The notes under the pieces: model-generated
Told to the model about the DNA's origin: nothing
Seen by the model: only the letters and a program-made list of their open reading frames with translations
The model's database searches: none
In this document: positions 1-8,805 of the stretch, one piece after another
How the letters are laid out: each line of letters begins with the position of its first letter
Numbering within the stretch: the stretch's first letter is position 1
Position numbers and translations under genes: made by a program
Source: an uncultured Alphaproteobacteria bacterium
GTDB taxonomy: Bacteria; Pseudomonadota; Alphaproteobacteria; Paracaedibacterales; JAKBAR01
Length of the DNA: 64,000 nt
Direction: 5' to 3'
NCBI GenBank assembly: GCA_937896365.1
Contig: CALBMH010000026.1
Coordinates: forward strand, 14,480-78,479

Positions 1-814
1 TTTCGCCTCTTATAGAGCTCTTATCAAAGCGATGGTTGGTATGGATAACGTTGCCAGGCATGACAAAGTGGGTATACAAATCGTTGCTTTTAAGCTCACT
101 TAGGCCAAAATCAATAAATTCATCAACATAACGCTGATAGTTCGTAAGCAGTACGAACCCTTGGAAATGCTCAGGGGATGTCCCTGTGTAATGATAGAGG
201 CGTTGGAGAGAGTATTCCACACGTTCTGCTGGGAATAGGGATAAGGGCTTGGCTTCACCTACGTCTGTCATATACGTAGAATTAGCAATATTATCATCAA
301 TACGAGCGAGATTAGGCATGACAAAACTATGCTGCATCTGCCACATTCTCTCTGGTTCGAGGGATGTCGGGGTGTGATCAATAACAAAAGGGAGGGGCAT
401 CGATACATTACTCGTGCCTATATAAACAGGAACCCGGTGGCGTGCCATAATGAGAGAAAATTGCTCCCTATAATAGGGAGCAAAAATATCAGGGCGAGTG
501 AGCGTCGTACCGTAGACGCCAGGTTCGTGAGCGACGCCGTAAGAAAGACTCACATCCTTGTTCAAGTCTTTCACTTCAATGATAAAAGCAGCGTAAGGAT
601 ACGTCGCTTCTTTCGTAATAGCCAGGGTTTCAAGAGCATCGGGGCATTCGCCCTGGCATACACGATCAAAAGCCCGTTGAATATCTTCCGTATGCTTTTG
701 GAAAATCTTTATAATCCTTTTGACAGCGGCCTCTGGATCGTAGAAAACATCAAGATCACGGATATGACTCAGTGCAAAATGCGAGAAATGATTCGGTTTA
801 AGGAGCGGTGTCAT
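1..814 (-). CDS. amn: AMP nucleosidase, N-terminal ~271 codons (gene runs off the left edge)
   Basis: Absent from the ORF track because it has no stop in the window. My minus-strand translation from ATG 814-812 reads MTPLLKPNHFSHFALSHIRDLDVFYDPEAAVKRI...LFPAERVEYSLQRLYHYTGTSPEHFQGFVLLTNYQRYVDEFIDFG... and stays open to position 1. The YSLxRLxHYTGT..FQxFVLxTNYxRYVDEF block matches my recollection of Amn. Its ATG overlaps the ftsY stop (ATGA, 811-814). Confidence 0.7.
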   Translation of the reverse strand, partial: MTPLLKPNHFSHFALSHIRDLDVFYDPEAAVKRIIKIFQKHTEDIQRAFDRVCQGECPDALETLAITKEATYPYAAFIIEVKDLNKDVSLSYGVAHEPGVYGTTLTRPDIFAPYYREQFSLIMARHRVPVYIGTSNVSMPLPFVIDHTPTSLEPERMWQMQHSFVMPNLARIDDNIANSTYMTDVGEAKPLSLFPAERVEYSLQRLYHYTGTSPEHFQGFVLLTNYQRYVDEFIDFGLSELKSNDLYTHFVMPGNVIHTNHRFDKSSIRGE

Positions 815-1719
815 GAAGCCAAGCCTATTAAACTTTTAGCAAATTCCCGTGCATCAAAAGCCTGCATATCATTGAAACCTTCACCAACACCTATAGCGTA
901 AACGGGCAATTTGTATTGCTCTGCTAAAGCCACCAAGATACCTCCTTTGGCCGTTCCATCAAGTTTGGTTAGTATAAGGCCCGTGAGAGGAATTGTCTTG
1001 GAAAAAACATTCACTTGGCGTAATGCATTTTGCCCTGTTGTTGCATCAAGAACGATAATAACCTCATGGGGAAGTTTTGGATCAATTTTTTTCAGGACAC
1101 GGCTGATCTTCTCGAGCTCATCCATAAGATATTTTTTATTGTGGAGGCGTCCTGCAGTATCAATCAACAAGACATCTGCGCCTTGGGATTGATGATATGC
1201 TTGGAAAGCAACACTTGCCGGATCAGCCCCTTCATTGGACTTGTAAAGGGGAATCTTAAGGCGACTCGCCCACACCTCAAGTTGGTCAACAGCAGCTGCT
1301 CTGAATGTGTCTGCTGCAGCAAGTCTTACATCGTATTTTTGTTGCTTCCAAGAGTGGGCAAGCTTAGCAATGGTCGTCGTTTTTCCTGTTCCATTCACAC
1401 CGACAACGAGAATGACAGTGGGCTTATCCTTTTTAAGCTTAATGGTGGCCACATGAGGTGTTAAGATCGCTTCAATTTCTTCTACGATGATTTTTTTCAC
1501 ATCATCAGGGCTAATATCTTTATCAAATTTCTGTGATTTAATGGCTTGTATAATACGATTGGATACCGGAATACCAAGGTCGCTCATCAACAAAAGATCA
1601 TAAAGCTCGTCAAGAGTTTCTTGATTTAGTTTCTTATAGACAAAGACGGCTTTTAAGCCCTCTGACAATTTTGTAGAGGTTCCTTTAAGACCTTGTTTCA
1701 GTTTTGCAAAAAAGCTCAT
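811..1719 (-). CDS. ftsY: Signal recognition particle receptor FtsY
   Basis: ORF 811..1755. SRP-GTPase NG domain with GVNGTGKTTTIAKLA, DTAGRL and TKLDGTAKGG. I prefer ATG 1719 (MSFFAKLKQGLKG, a typical FtsY N-terminus) to the TTG at 1755. Confidence 0.93.
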   Translation of the reverse strand: MSFFAKLKQGLKGTSTKLSEGLKAVFVYKKLNQETLDELYDLLLMSDLGIPVSNRIIQAIKSQKFDKDISPDDVKKIIVEEIEAILTPHVATIKLKKDKPTVILVVGVNGTGKTTTIAKLAHSWKQQKYDVRLAAADTFRAAAVDQLEVWASRLKIPLYKSNEGADPASVAFQAYHQSQGADVLLIDTAGRLHNKKYLMDELEKISRVLKKIDPKLPHEVIIVLDATTGQNALRQVNVFSKTIPLTGLILTKLDGTAKGGILVALAEQYKLPVYAIGVGEGFNDMQAFDAREFAKSLIGLAS

Positions 1720-2575
1720 AAGATTAGTCTTACCAGCACCCTTATCACCATACAATGAATTTTCAAAATAAAAAGCCTGATGATCCCCAAAACAGTAGGC
1801 GTTGTCACAGGGAGGTTTGCGAGGGTAAAAGCGGCTTTAAGCGCATGAAAGGGAATTTTGTACCGATGTCACCAAAGACTCCCTATAGGATTTCTTTATA
1901 TTTGGCTTTAAAGGCATTAATGATACAACCGATCCTATAAATGAACCAAGTATCTTCGTCCAGCCATCGTTTTTCCATTTAACTGATATCCGGGGTCAAC
2001 ATTCACTGCTGTTTTTATAAAAGTCCGAAAGACAGCCAAGACCCCCCGTATTATTAATTTTGTCAATTGTATCTTGAATTTCATATTTTTTTCTTTCAAA
2101 GAAAAGGAGAGGATTGTTCACCCGCGGTAAGTATAGATACGGACGGATTAAGATGTTTTTCATCATACTATTTGTATGACATCATTCGCATCCTTTGAAA
2201 ATTGCACCTTCATCGAGGTCTGGGCAGGTGGGACAGCATTCAAGTTACTATCATCCATTATGCTGGCAGCTGAAACCCCAGCAATCAAGAGAGAGAAGTC
2301 TTAATATGTTCGTAATACAAATTCTTGTTAATATTATTTACAAAAAACTTATAAAAGAAAATGATACAATAAAGTCAATAACTCTTTTGCATTATTTACA
2401 CACCTCAGTATATACATATCCCTCTTCTCCTCCATAAATGCTTTTCGCTCCAAAAACATCAAAGATTTGATTTTTTGAAAGGAATGTGCTAAGGGTTTTG
2501 GAGGTGTTTGTGGGCTTATAGCTGTAGGGCATGCCTAGTCACCAGTATTTTAAAACCTTAAATGAAGAGAGAAAA

Positions 2576-2773
2576 ATGCCCAAAATGAAAACAAAAAGTA
2601 GTGCGAAGAAACGTTTTCGCATTACAGGTTCTGGCAAGGTCAAGATGGGCCAAGCTGGTAAACGTCATGGTATGATCAAGCGATCCAATAATTTTATTCG
2701 CAACGCACGAGGCATGACCATTATGCATGAGAGTGATGCGAAAAAAGTTCTCACTTATTTTCTTCACGCATAA
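2576..2773 (+). CDS. rpmI: 50S ribosomal protein L35
   Basis: Within ORF 2531..2773. The conserved L35 start [21 protein letters not shown] begins at ATG 2576, after a purine-rich GAAGAGAGA. Confidence 0.93.
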   Translation: MPKMKTKSSAKKRFRITGSGKVKMGQAGKRHGMIKRSNNFIRNARGMTIMHESDAKKVLTYFLHA

Positions 2774-2788
2774 AGGGAGATATATACA

Positions 2789-3145
2789 ATGGCACGTGTT
2801 AAACGAGGCGTGACAACGCATGCACGCCACAAAAAAGTTCTCAAAGCTGCTAAAGGTTTTCGTGGACGTTCTAGCACCTGTTTTCGGCCAGCACTCCAAC
2901 GCTTGGAGAAGGCTCTCCAATACGCTTACCGCGATCGCCGCGTCAAAAAGCGTGAATTCCGTGGTCTTTGGATTCAGCGTATTAATGCTTCTGTGCGTGA
3001 GATGGGTATGACCTACTCTCGTCTTATCAACGGGCTCAATAAAGCGGAAATTTCCATTGATCGTAAAGTTATGGCTGATCTCGCTATGAACCAACCTGAG
3101 GCTTTTAAACAGCTGGTTGAAAAAGCAAAAACCGCTCTTGCTTAA
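2789..3145 (+). CDS. rplT: 50S ribosomal protein L20
   Basis: [27 protein letters not shown]... is the classic L20 N-terminus. Starts 15 nt after rpmI. Confidence 0.96.
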   Translation: MARVKRGVTTHARHKKVLKAAKGFRGRSSTCFRPALQRLEKALQYAYRDRRVKKREFRGLWIQRINASVREMGMTYSRLINGLNKAEISIDRKVMADLAMNQPEAFKQLVEKAKTALA

Positions 3146-3214
3146 ATTTGCCTTTGCTTAAGTAAAAGGCTTTACAAGCCGAGAAAGACAAGAACCCAAT
3201 ACTCTTGAGGAGAG

Positions 3215-3241
3215 CCAGGCTCGCGGTAGCCTGGTTTTTTA
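3215..3241 (+). terminator. Rho-independent terminator after rplT
   Basis: CCAGGCT (3216-3222ish), a 6-nt loop cgcggt, then AGCCTGG followed by TTTTTTATT. Confidence 0.6.
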
Positions 3242-3308
3242 TTAACGAAAAATTAACGATCTCAAACTACCTCTCTCTATGTAATAATTTATACCATGAG
3301 GGGCTTCT

Positions 3309-4937
3309 ATGAAAAAATTTTCTCTTCTGCTCGCACTGACGGCAGCTGCGCTCTGCAGCCCTGTTAGAGCATATATTACTGACATTAACCTTCCGGATAA
3401 AGAAGATGTTATACGGATAAAGAGCCGTTTCCTTTTTCAGCTATTCTTTAGCGAAAAGCTCGATAACATCATCAAAGACGCCCTTGCTGAAACAGCGGAT
3501 AAAGATTTTCGTAATCGTATTTCAAGCCTAACAGCCGAGGAAGCGAAGCCATTGTTTACGACCGCTGTGATAAACCGCCTAGAAAAAGATCATCACTTGA
3601 CAAATCAGGAGATAGAAAGTCGACGGTCAGAGCTACTTAACAAAATCTTCTCAGAAACCTATTTTGGTAATCATGAGAACAAGAAGAATCCACCATACAT
3701 TACGCTCATGGATCCTATCGGATACTTACAAAACGATCTTCGTAACAGTCTAAGATCTAGGTCGATAAACGATTGGCCTAAAGCATTAACCATAATGCTC
3801 AATCGTGTTCCGGCGGAATATCGTCTTTTATCTCCAAATGCCGTAAGAGAATGGTTTTCTGATAATGAAATTAATCAGTATTTCGAGAAGAGATCAAAAC
3901 ACAATTCTTCTGAAACGCGTGAACAGTTTGATGCGGCCGTAGCGGATTTGTTTAGCTACAAATACTTTGGCATTCCTGAGAATCCTGATGAAAAGAAAGA
4001 ATTTTTCTTAAAATCAGATTTCTATTTTCTGACCCCGGATCTTGTGAAAAACATATACAATGCAGCTCAACGCATTATGAATCTATCCACCAAGGGCGAC
4101 GTCCTTGTTTCCTTTGGTAATTCGCCTTATTTTCTTGGCCGTGCTCTCAAGCACCTTGCCTCGGATAATATAACCGACGAAAACTACCGGCAGATTATTT
4201 TTTTCCCCTTTTCAGGGTCTCCTAATAGAACACGTCAAAGCAGTTTTCCAAATCCTAAAGACATTGTGACAATAGAACGCTTAAACCATCTGAAAAATCG
4301 CCTTGTTCAAGAAGGGCTTAGCTCAACGAACACGGCACTGACGAAAGATACAAAAGTTCTTTTTATGGATGTTGTGGGGTCAGGGGCAGGTCCCGCCTAC
4401 GTTATGGAACAGATAATCAGAGATTTCCAAAAAGCGAGCAAAGCTTTGCCGGATGTTCGTCTTTTAACGATGAACTTAATAAATCCAGATACAAAAGATA
4501 GTAGTAATAATAATGATAGTAGGAATTTAGAAATTACCCATTCGTTTGGTACAAAAGATAACGAACAACTCACCTTTGGCTTTCCAAGCATCCATGAGAA
4601 CACGCATTTTAAAGTCGACGGGCAAGTGATCCATGTACCCGGTCATACTGCTCTTGATATGATCCGGAACGATCAATTACGCGTTCTTCCAGAATACAAC
4701 CCCTGTTACTGGAATAAGGAATACGATTATCTTTTGGAAGGTATCAATGATGATTCAAAAAAACCCCACCATATTCAGGTGTTGTTTAACTATTTTGACA
4801 CGCATATCAAATCCTTGATAGAAAAGAGCACAGCGGCGCAAACGTCATCCGAAACGACAACCACAACGACCATAGCACAAGAAAAAAAGACCCAAAAAAC
4901 ACAGCGCCCTAGTCCCCAGGATGACGTTGACGATTAA
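3309..4937 (+). CDS. Orphan secreted protein, 542 aa, function unknown
   Basis: Sec-type signal peptide MKKFSLLLALTAAALCSPVRA. Internal duplicated motif IFSETYFGNHEN (aa 113-124) and LFSYKYFGIPEN (aa 214-225). Thr-run and acidic tail SSETTTTTTIAQEKKTQKTQRPSPQDDVDD. I recognise no family. Confidence 0.65.
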   Translation: MKKFSLLLALTAAALCSPVRAYITDINLPDKEDVIRIKSRFLFQLFFSEKLDNIIKDALAETADKDFRNRISSLTAEEAKPLFTTAVINRLEKDHHLTNQEIESRRSELLNKIFSETYFGNHENKKNPPYITLMDPIGYLQNDLRNSLRSRSINDWPKALTIMLNRVPAEYRLLSPNAVREWFSDNEINQYFEKRSKHNSSETREQFDAAVADLFSYKYFGIPENPDEKKEFFLKSDFYFLTPDLVKNIYNAAQRIMNLSTKGDVLVSFGNSPYFLGRALKHLASDNITDENYRQIIFFPFSGSPNRTRQSSFPNPKDIVTIERLNHLKNRLVQEGLSSTNTALTKDTKVLFMDVVGSGAGPAYVMEQIIRDFQKASKALPDVRLLTMNLINPDTKDSSNNNDSRNLEITHSFGTKDNEQLTFGFPSIHENTHFKVDGQVIHVPGHTALDMIRNDQLRVLPEYNPCYWNKEYDYLLEGINDDSKKPHHIQVLFNYFDTHIKSLIEKSTAAQTSSETTTTTTIAQEKKTQKTQRPSPQDDVDD

Positions 4938-4955
4938 CATCCACCGAAGGGTACA

Positions 4956-4990
4956 TTAAAGACTCGGTTTACGAAGACTGAGTCTTTAAA
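4956..4990. terminator. Hairpin between convergent genes (possible bidirectional terminator)
   Basis: TTAAAGACTC (4956-4965) pairs with GAGTCTTTAA (4980-4989) around a 14-nt loop. It overlaps the kup stop codon. There is no strong U tract. Confidence 0.4.
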
Positions 4991-6854
4991 TTTTGTATCT
5001 GACACCCAGTTCAATGACTTTATGGTTGGGGATTTTATAGAAATCGCTAGCGTTCTGAGCAATGGAGGCAAGGAAAATATACAACTGTTCAGAAAATCCC
5101 TTCAAAACGCTTGATTTGCTTGCAACAGGGACACCCTTGCTTAGAAAGACTGAGACTTCATCACAATTTTGAATCATTCCCTTGTCTTGCAAAAAATGGG
5201 TGACGCGCGTCAGATTTGGTGATTCTTTAAATCCAAATTTAGCCTCAACACAGATACTTTGTTCATTGAGTTTTTTATACTCAAAACGCTCTTTGGCTGT
5301 TAAATAGGGCACGTCTTTTATCGTAAAGGTGAGGAGGATTGTTTTACTGTAAAGAAATTTATTGTGATGTAAATGAATCATAAGAGAGTGAGGCACCTTA
5401 TTGGGAAAACGGCTCAAGAAAATAGCAGTGCCTGGAATCCGCTCTTGGAATCGACGTTCATAACGTTCCAAGTAATCTGTGAGCCCCATAGAGGGAGAGA
5501 ATTTTTGAGACTCAAGCGCCTTATTCCCCTTCATCCACACACGCATCGTGTACGAAACGATGAAAGTAATCACGATTATATACCACGCACCTTCAACGAT
5601 TTTTACTAAGTTCGCCGCAAGAAAAACACTATCGAGACAAATCATAGGGGCAAAAACAGCACAGACTTTGAAAAGATTCCACCCCCATTGCTTGTAGGCA
5701 ACAAATGCGATTAAGACGCTTGTCAGAAGCATAACGCCCGACACACTCAAACCATATGCATGTGCAAGCGTATCAGAAGAGCCAAACATTAGTACCGCAA
5801 ACACAACGAGTATCCAAAGAACAAAATTAATGCTCCCGATATAAATCTGTCCAATTTGCTTTGCTGATGTGTGAATGACGCGCATACGAGGAAAATAGTT
5901 AAACAAAATAGCTTGGGATGTGATCGAAAAAATACCTGAAATAATAGCCTGTGCAGCAATGACGGAAGCCATGGTCGCAAGAATAACAGCAGGAATAAGA
6001 ATGGGCTGGGGAACTAAAGCGAAAAAGGGATTTTCAAGAGCTGTGGGATTCACTAAAAGATTCGCTCCCTGACCAAGATAATTCAAAACCAGCGCTGGAA
6101 AAACAATAAAACCCCATGCTACCCGGATGGATTGCCTTCCAAAGTGGCCCATATCCGCATAAAGCGCCTCCCCCCCTGTCACTACAAGAACAACGCCTCC
6201 GAGGGTAGCGAGACCAAGAATTTTATTGTGAAGGAGAAAATCCAAAGCTGAAAGGGGATTAAGTGCATAGAGTATACTTGGGTAGCACCCGATATGATAC
6301 ATCCCTATGATTGCCAAAAACCCAAACCAAATCGTCATCACGGCTCCAAAGTACTGCCCGATCAGACCGCTTCCCTTCCTTTGAATAGCAAAGAGAATTG
6401 TGAGTATCCCAATAGAAAGCGGGACCGTATAAGGATCAAAAGCCTTCGTGACATATTCAAGACCTTCAATAGCGCTCAAAACGGAAATGGCTGGTGTGAT
6501 AATCCCATCCCCCAAAAAAAGTGCTGTTCCTAAAACACTTGCAGCAATGAGAATATTCTTATTGCGAAAAAGTTTCAGTTTCTGTCCCAGAGTTGTCAGT
6601 GCCAGAATACCGCCTTCTCCGTTGTTATCAACACGCATGACAAGAAGAGCATACTTGAACCATACAATCAAAATGAGTGCCCAAATGAAAAAGCTGACAA
6701 TACCAAGAATATTGACGGGAGTCACAGGAATACCAGAGATCGTCAAACAGCTTTTTAATGCATAGAGAGGGCTTGTTCCAATATCCCCAAAAACAATACC
6801 AAGCGCTCCCACAACGAGGGATGAGAATTTTTCTTTTGAAGTGCGAGCTTCCAT
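4986..6854 (-). CDS. kup: KUP/HAK/KT-family potassium uptake protein
   Basis: FGDIGTSPLYALK signature, a long polytopic N-terminal half and a soluble C-terminal domain. Start is ATG 6854 (MEARTSKEKF) or GTG 6863. Confidence 0.93.
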   Translation of the reverse strand: MEARTSKEKFSSLVVGALGIVFGDIGTSPLYALKSCLTISGIPVTPVNILGIVSFFIWALILIVWFKYALLVMRVDNNGEGGILALTTLGQKLKLFRNKNILIAASVLGTALFLGDGIITPAISVLSAIEGLEYVTKAFDPYTVPLSIGILTILFAIQRKGSGLIGQYFGAVMTIWFGFLAIIGMYHIGCYPSILYALNPLSALDFLLHNKILGLATLGGVVLVVTGGEALYADMGHFGRQSIRVAWGFIVFPALVLNYLGQGANLLVNPTALENPFFALVPQPILIPAVILATMASVIAAQAIISGIFSITSQAILFNYFPRMRVIHTSAKQIGQIYIGSINFVLWILVVFAVLMFGSSDTLAHAYGLSVSGVMLLTSVLIAFVAYKQWGWNLFKVCAVFAPMICLDSVFLAANLVKIVEGAWYIIVITFIVSYTMRVWMKGNKALESQKFSPSMGLTDYLERYERRFQERIPGTAIFLSRFPNKVPHSLMIHLHHNKFLYSKTILLTFTIKDVPYLTAKERFEYKKLNEQSICVEAKFGFKESPNLTRVTHFLQDKGMIQNCDEVSVFLSKGVPVASKSSVLKGFSEQLYIFLASIAQNASDFYKIPNHKVIELGVRYKI

Positions 6855-7043
6855 GACAGACACGCGTTCTCGCCGAACAAAACTGTGGACTCCTAAGGGT
6901 ATTTTACGAGAGATTCGTTAATAAAGTGTGCAGAAGAATATAAAAGAGCATCACTGCGAAATAGAACCCTCTCCAAATCTCTTGTTTGGTACTCATGGCA
7001 GGAAGGCTAAGAGCATAGCAAAGATCTTAGTCACAACATCTCT

Positions 7044-8120
7044 CTACCGCTGATCCAATTTAAATTCAATACGACGGTTGCGTGAAAAGGCGTTTTCATC
7101 GCTTCCCTCCGCGAGAGGCTGATGTTCACCAAACCCAGCAGCAACCATGTAAGCTGGATCGATTCCTTCCTTCGCAAGCGCCCTTACCACAGCGATGGCA
7201 CGGGCACTCGAAAGCTCCCAGTTAGAGGGAAACTGTGCTGTATTGATCGCAAGCTTATCGGTATGCCCATCAATGCGTAGAATCCATTTGATATCTTTTG
7301 GAATGTTTCTCGTAATGTCTTTCAACGCTTTCGCAAGGGTTTTCAGTTGGAAAGCGCCTTCGGACTTGACTTCGGCTGATCCCTTGTCAAAGAGAACCTC
7401 CGATTGAAAGACAAAGCGGTCCCCAACAACACGAATATCAGAGCGCTCGCCAAGGACCTTTACAAGTTTAGCAAAAAATTCAGAGCGGTACTGTGTGAGT
7501 CCCAGTTTCTTAGGATCTTTCAGCTTTGTAATCTCATCATTTAGCTTTTTATTATCCGCGATAGCTTGTGCAAGCTTATCATTGATAGCTTTCAATGCTT
7601 CCACTTTTGCAAGCAACGCCTCATTGAGTTTTTTCTGAAGGTTATCCAGCTTGAGCGTCTGCTCTTTTTCTTTCGTTTCTTCTTCAATAAGCGCATCACT
7701 CAAACGCTTGATTTGTGCATTGAGTGATGCAATCTGTGCATTGAGTTCTGAAATCGACGAAAGTGCTGCTTCTTTAGCTTCACTTTCTTTGATAAGAGAC
7801 TTTTCAGAATCTTGGAGAGCTGCTCTTAAGTGGGCGACTTGATTTTCCAAGAGATCAAGGGTTTTCTGTAAGTTGCCAATCTGCGCATGCGCCTCGTCTC
7901 TCGACAGCTTTTCGAGTTTGAGATTTTCCTGAAGATCTTTGATTTGCCCTTCCAAGGCTATAAGCGCGGTTTCTTTTCCTTTAATTGCGTCCGTAAGATA
8001 CAGCTGAGCAACCACAAAGGTCATGAGGACGAAAACAATCACCATGAGGAGCGTCGCCATAGCATCCACAAACCCGGGCCATATGTCGAGAGGATTATGA
8101 CGACGGGGACGTGCAAACAT
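7044..8120 (-). CDS. MotB-like TM anchor + ~160-aa coiled coil + OmpA-type peptidoglycan-binding domain
   Basis: N-terminus PLDIWPGFVDAMATLLMVIVFVLM is a MotB/TolR-like TM segment with the conserved Asp. Residues ~45-205 are heptad-rich (LQENLKLEKL...AQIASLNAQIKRLSDAL...). C-terminus ILRIDGHTDK...NWELSSARAIAV...NRRIEF is an OmpA_C-like motif. No motA-like gene is adjacent. Confidence 0.8.
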   Translation of the reverse strand: MFARPRRHNPLDIWPGFVDAMATLLMVIVFVLMTFVVAQLYLTDAIKGKETALIALEGQIKDLQENLKLEKLSRDEAHAQIGNLQKTLDLLENQVAHLRAALQDSEKSLIKESEAKEAALSSISELNAQIASLNAQIKRLSDALIEEETKEKEQTLKLDNLQKKLNEALLAKVEALKAINDKLAQAIADNKKLNDEITKLKDPKKLGLTQYRSEFFAKLVKVLGERSDIRVVGDRFVFQSEVLFDKGSAEVKSEGAFQLKTLAKALKDITRNIPKDIKWILRIDGHTDKLAINTAQFPSNWELSSARAIAVVRALAKEGIDPAYMVAAGFGEHQPLAEGSDENAFSRNRRIEFKLDQR

Positions 8121-8271
8121 AGAAAAATGTCAATAAAAAAGAAAGCTTAGGCATCATTCTACGAAAACAGTGCTTAGAATACTAGCTCTTTTGACAACGA
8201 TGCCCAGAGAACCACTGCCACACCCTCATTCCCTGCTCCTATTCCAAGGATCGCCGTAAACGAATACACTT

Positions 8272-8775
8272 CTAGCTTTTCTTGCGAAAGGCATCAAAGC
8301 TGATGATATTTCCTTCCACAGCATCGGAAGGAATTTCAAATTTATTTTTCTTAGGTTCTTTTTCTTTTCTAGTAGAGTCTTTTGTAAAACTTTTGAGTTC
8401 TGCTTTGGTCTGATGCTGCGGCATCGTTGGAGTAAACTGAAGACCGAATTTGGCAGAAGGATCAACAAAACTCGTCATCGCATCAAAGGGAACAATCAAA
8501 CGTTCATGAAGATTATTAAAGCTCAACGTTACTTCAAAGCGATCCTCAAAAACATCCAAACCCCAAAACTCATATTGAATAACAATCGTAATACTCTCGG
8601 GGTATTGTTCTTTTAAGTATTCTGGAAGCTCAACACGCGGATGATCGGTGTTGTAGGTAACATAGAAATGATGGTTTCCTGGAAGTCCTTTTGTCGCGGC
8701 ATCGCGCAAAAGATCGCGGACAACAGTGACAAGTGCTTTTTGCACAAGGTCTTCGTAATTGATTTTACGTGTCAT
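8272..8775 (-). CDS. sspB: ClpXP adaptor SspB (stringent starvation protein B family)
   Basis: GNHHFYVTYNTDHPRVELPEYLKEQYPESITIVIQYEFWGLDV..FEVTLSFNN..ERLIVPFDAMTSFVDPSAKFGLQF matches the SspB fold consensus as I remember it. A K/E-rich linker follows, then a short C-terminal tail ..IISFDAFRKKS. Confidence 0.85.
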   Translation of the reverse strand: MTRKINYEDLVQKALVTVVRDLLRDAATKGLPGNHHFYVTYNTDHPRVELPEYLKEQYPESITIVIQYEFWGLDVFEDRFEVTLSFNNLHERLIVPFDAMTSFVDPSAKFGLQFTPTMPQHQTKAELKSFTKDSTRKEKEPKKNKFEIPSDAVEGNIISFDAFRKKS

Positions 8776-8805
8776 AAATCTTAACCTTAATAGCCATCAT
8801 CAAGC

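Noticed and set aside
329-901. 190-aa plus-strand ORF from the track.
   Set aside because: It lies entirely antisense to the much better supported amn reading frame (open 814 to 1, with conserved AMP nucleosidase motifs). Its sequence is Arg/Ser-rich and low in information.
2558-3094. 178-aa minus-strand ORF.
   Set aside because: It is antisense to rpmI and rplT, which have unmistakable ribosomal protein sequences. This is a shadow ORF.
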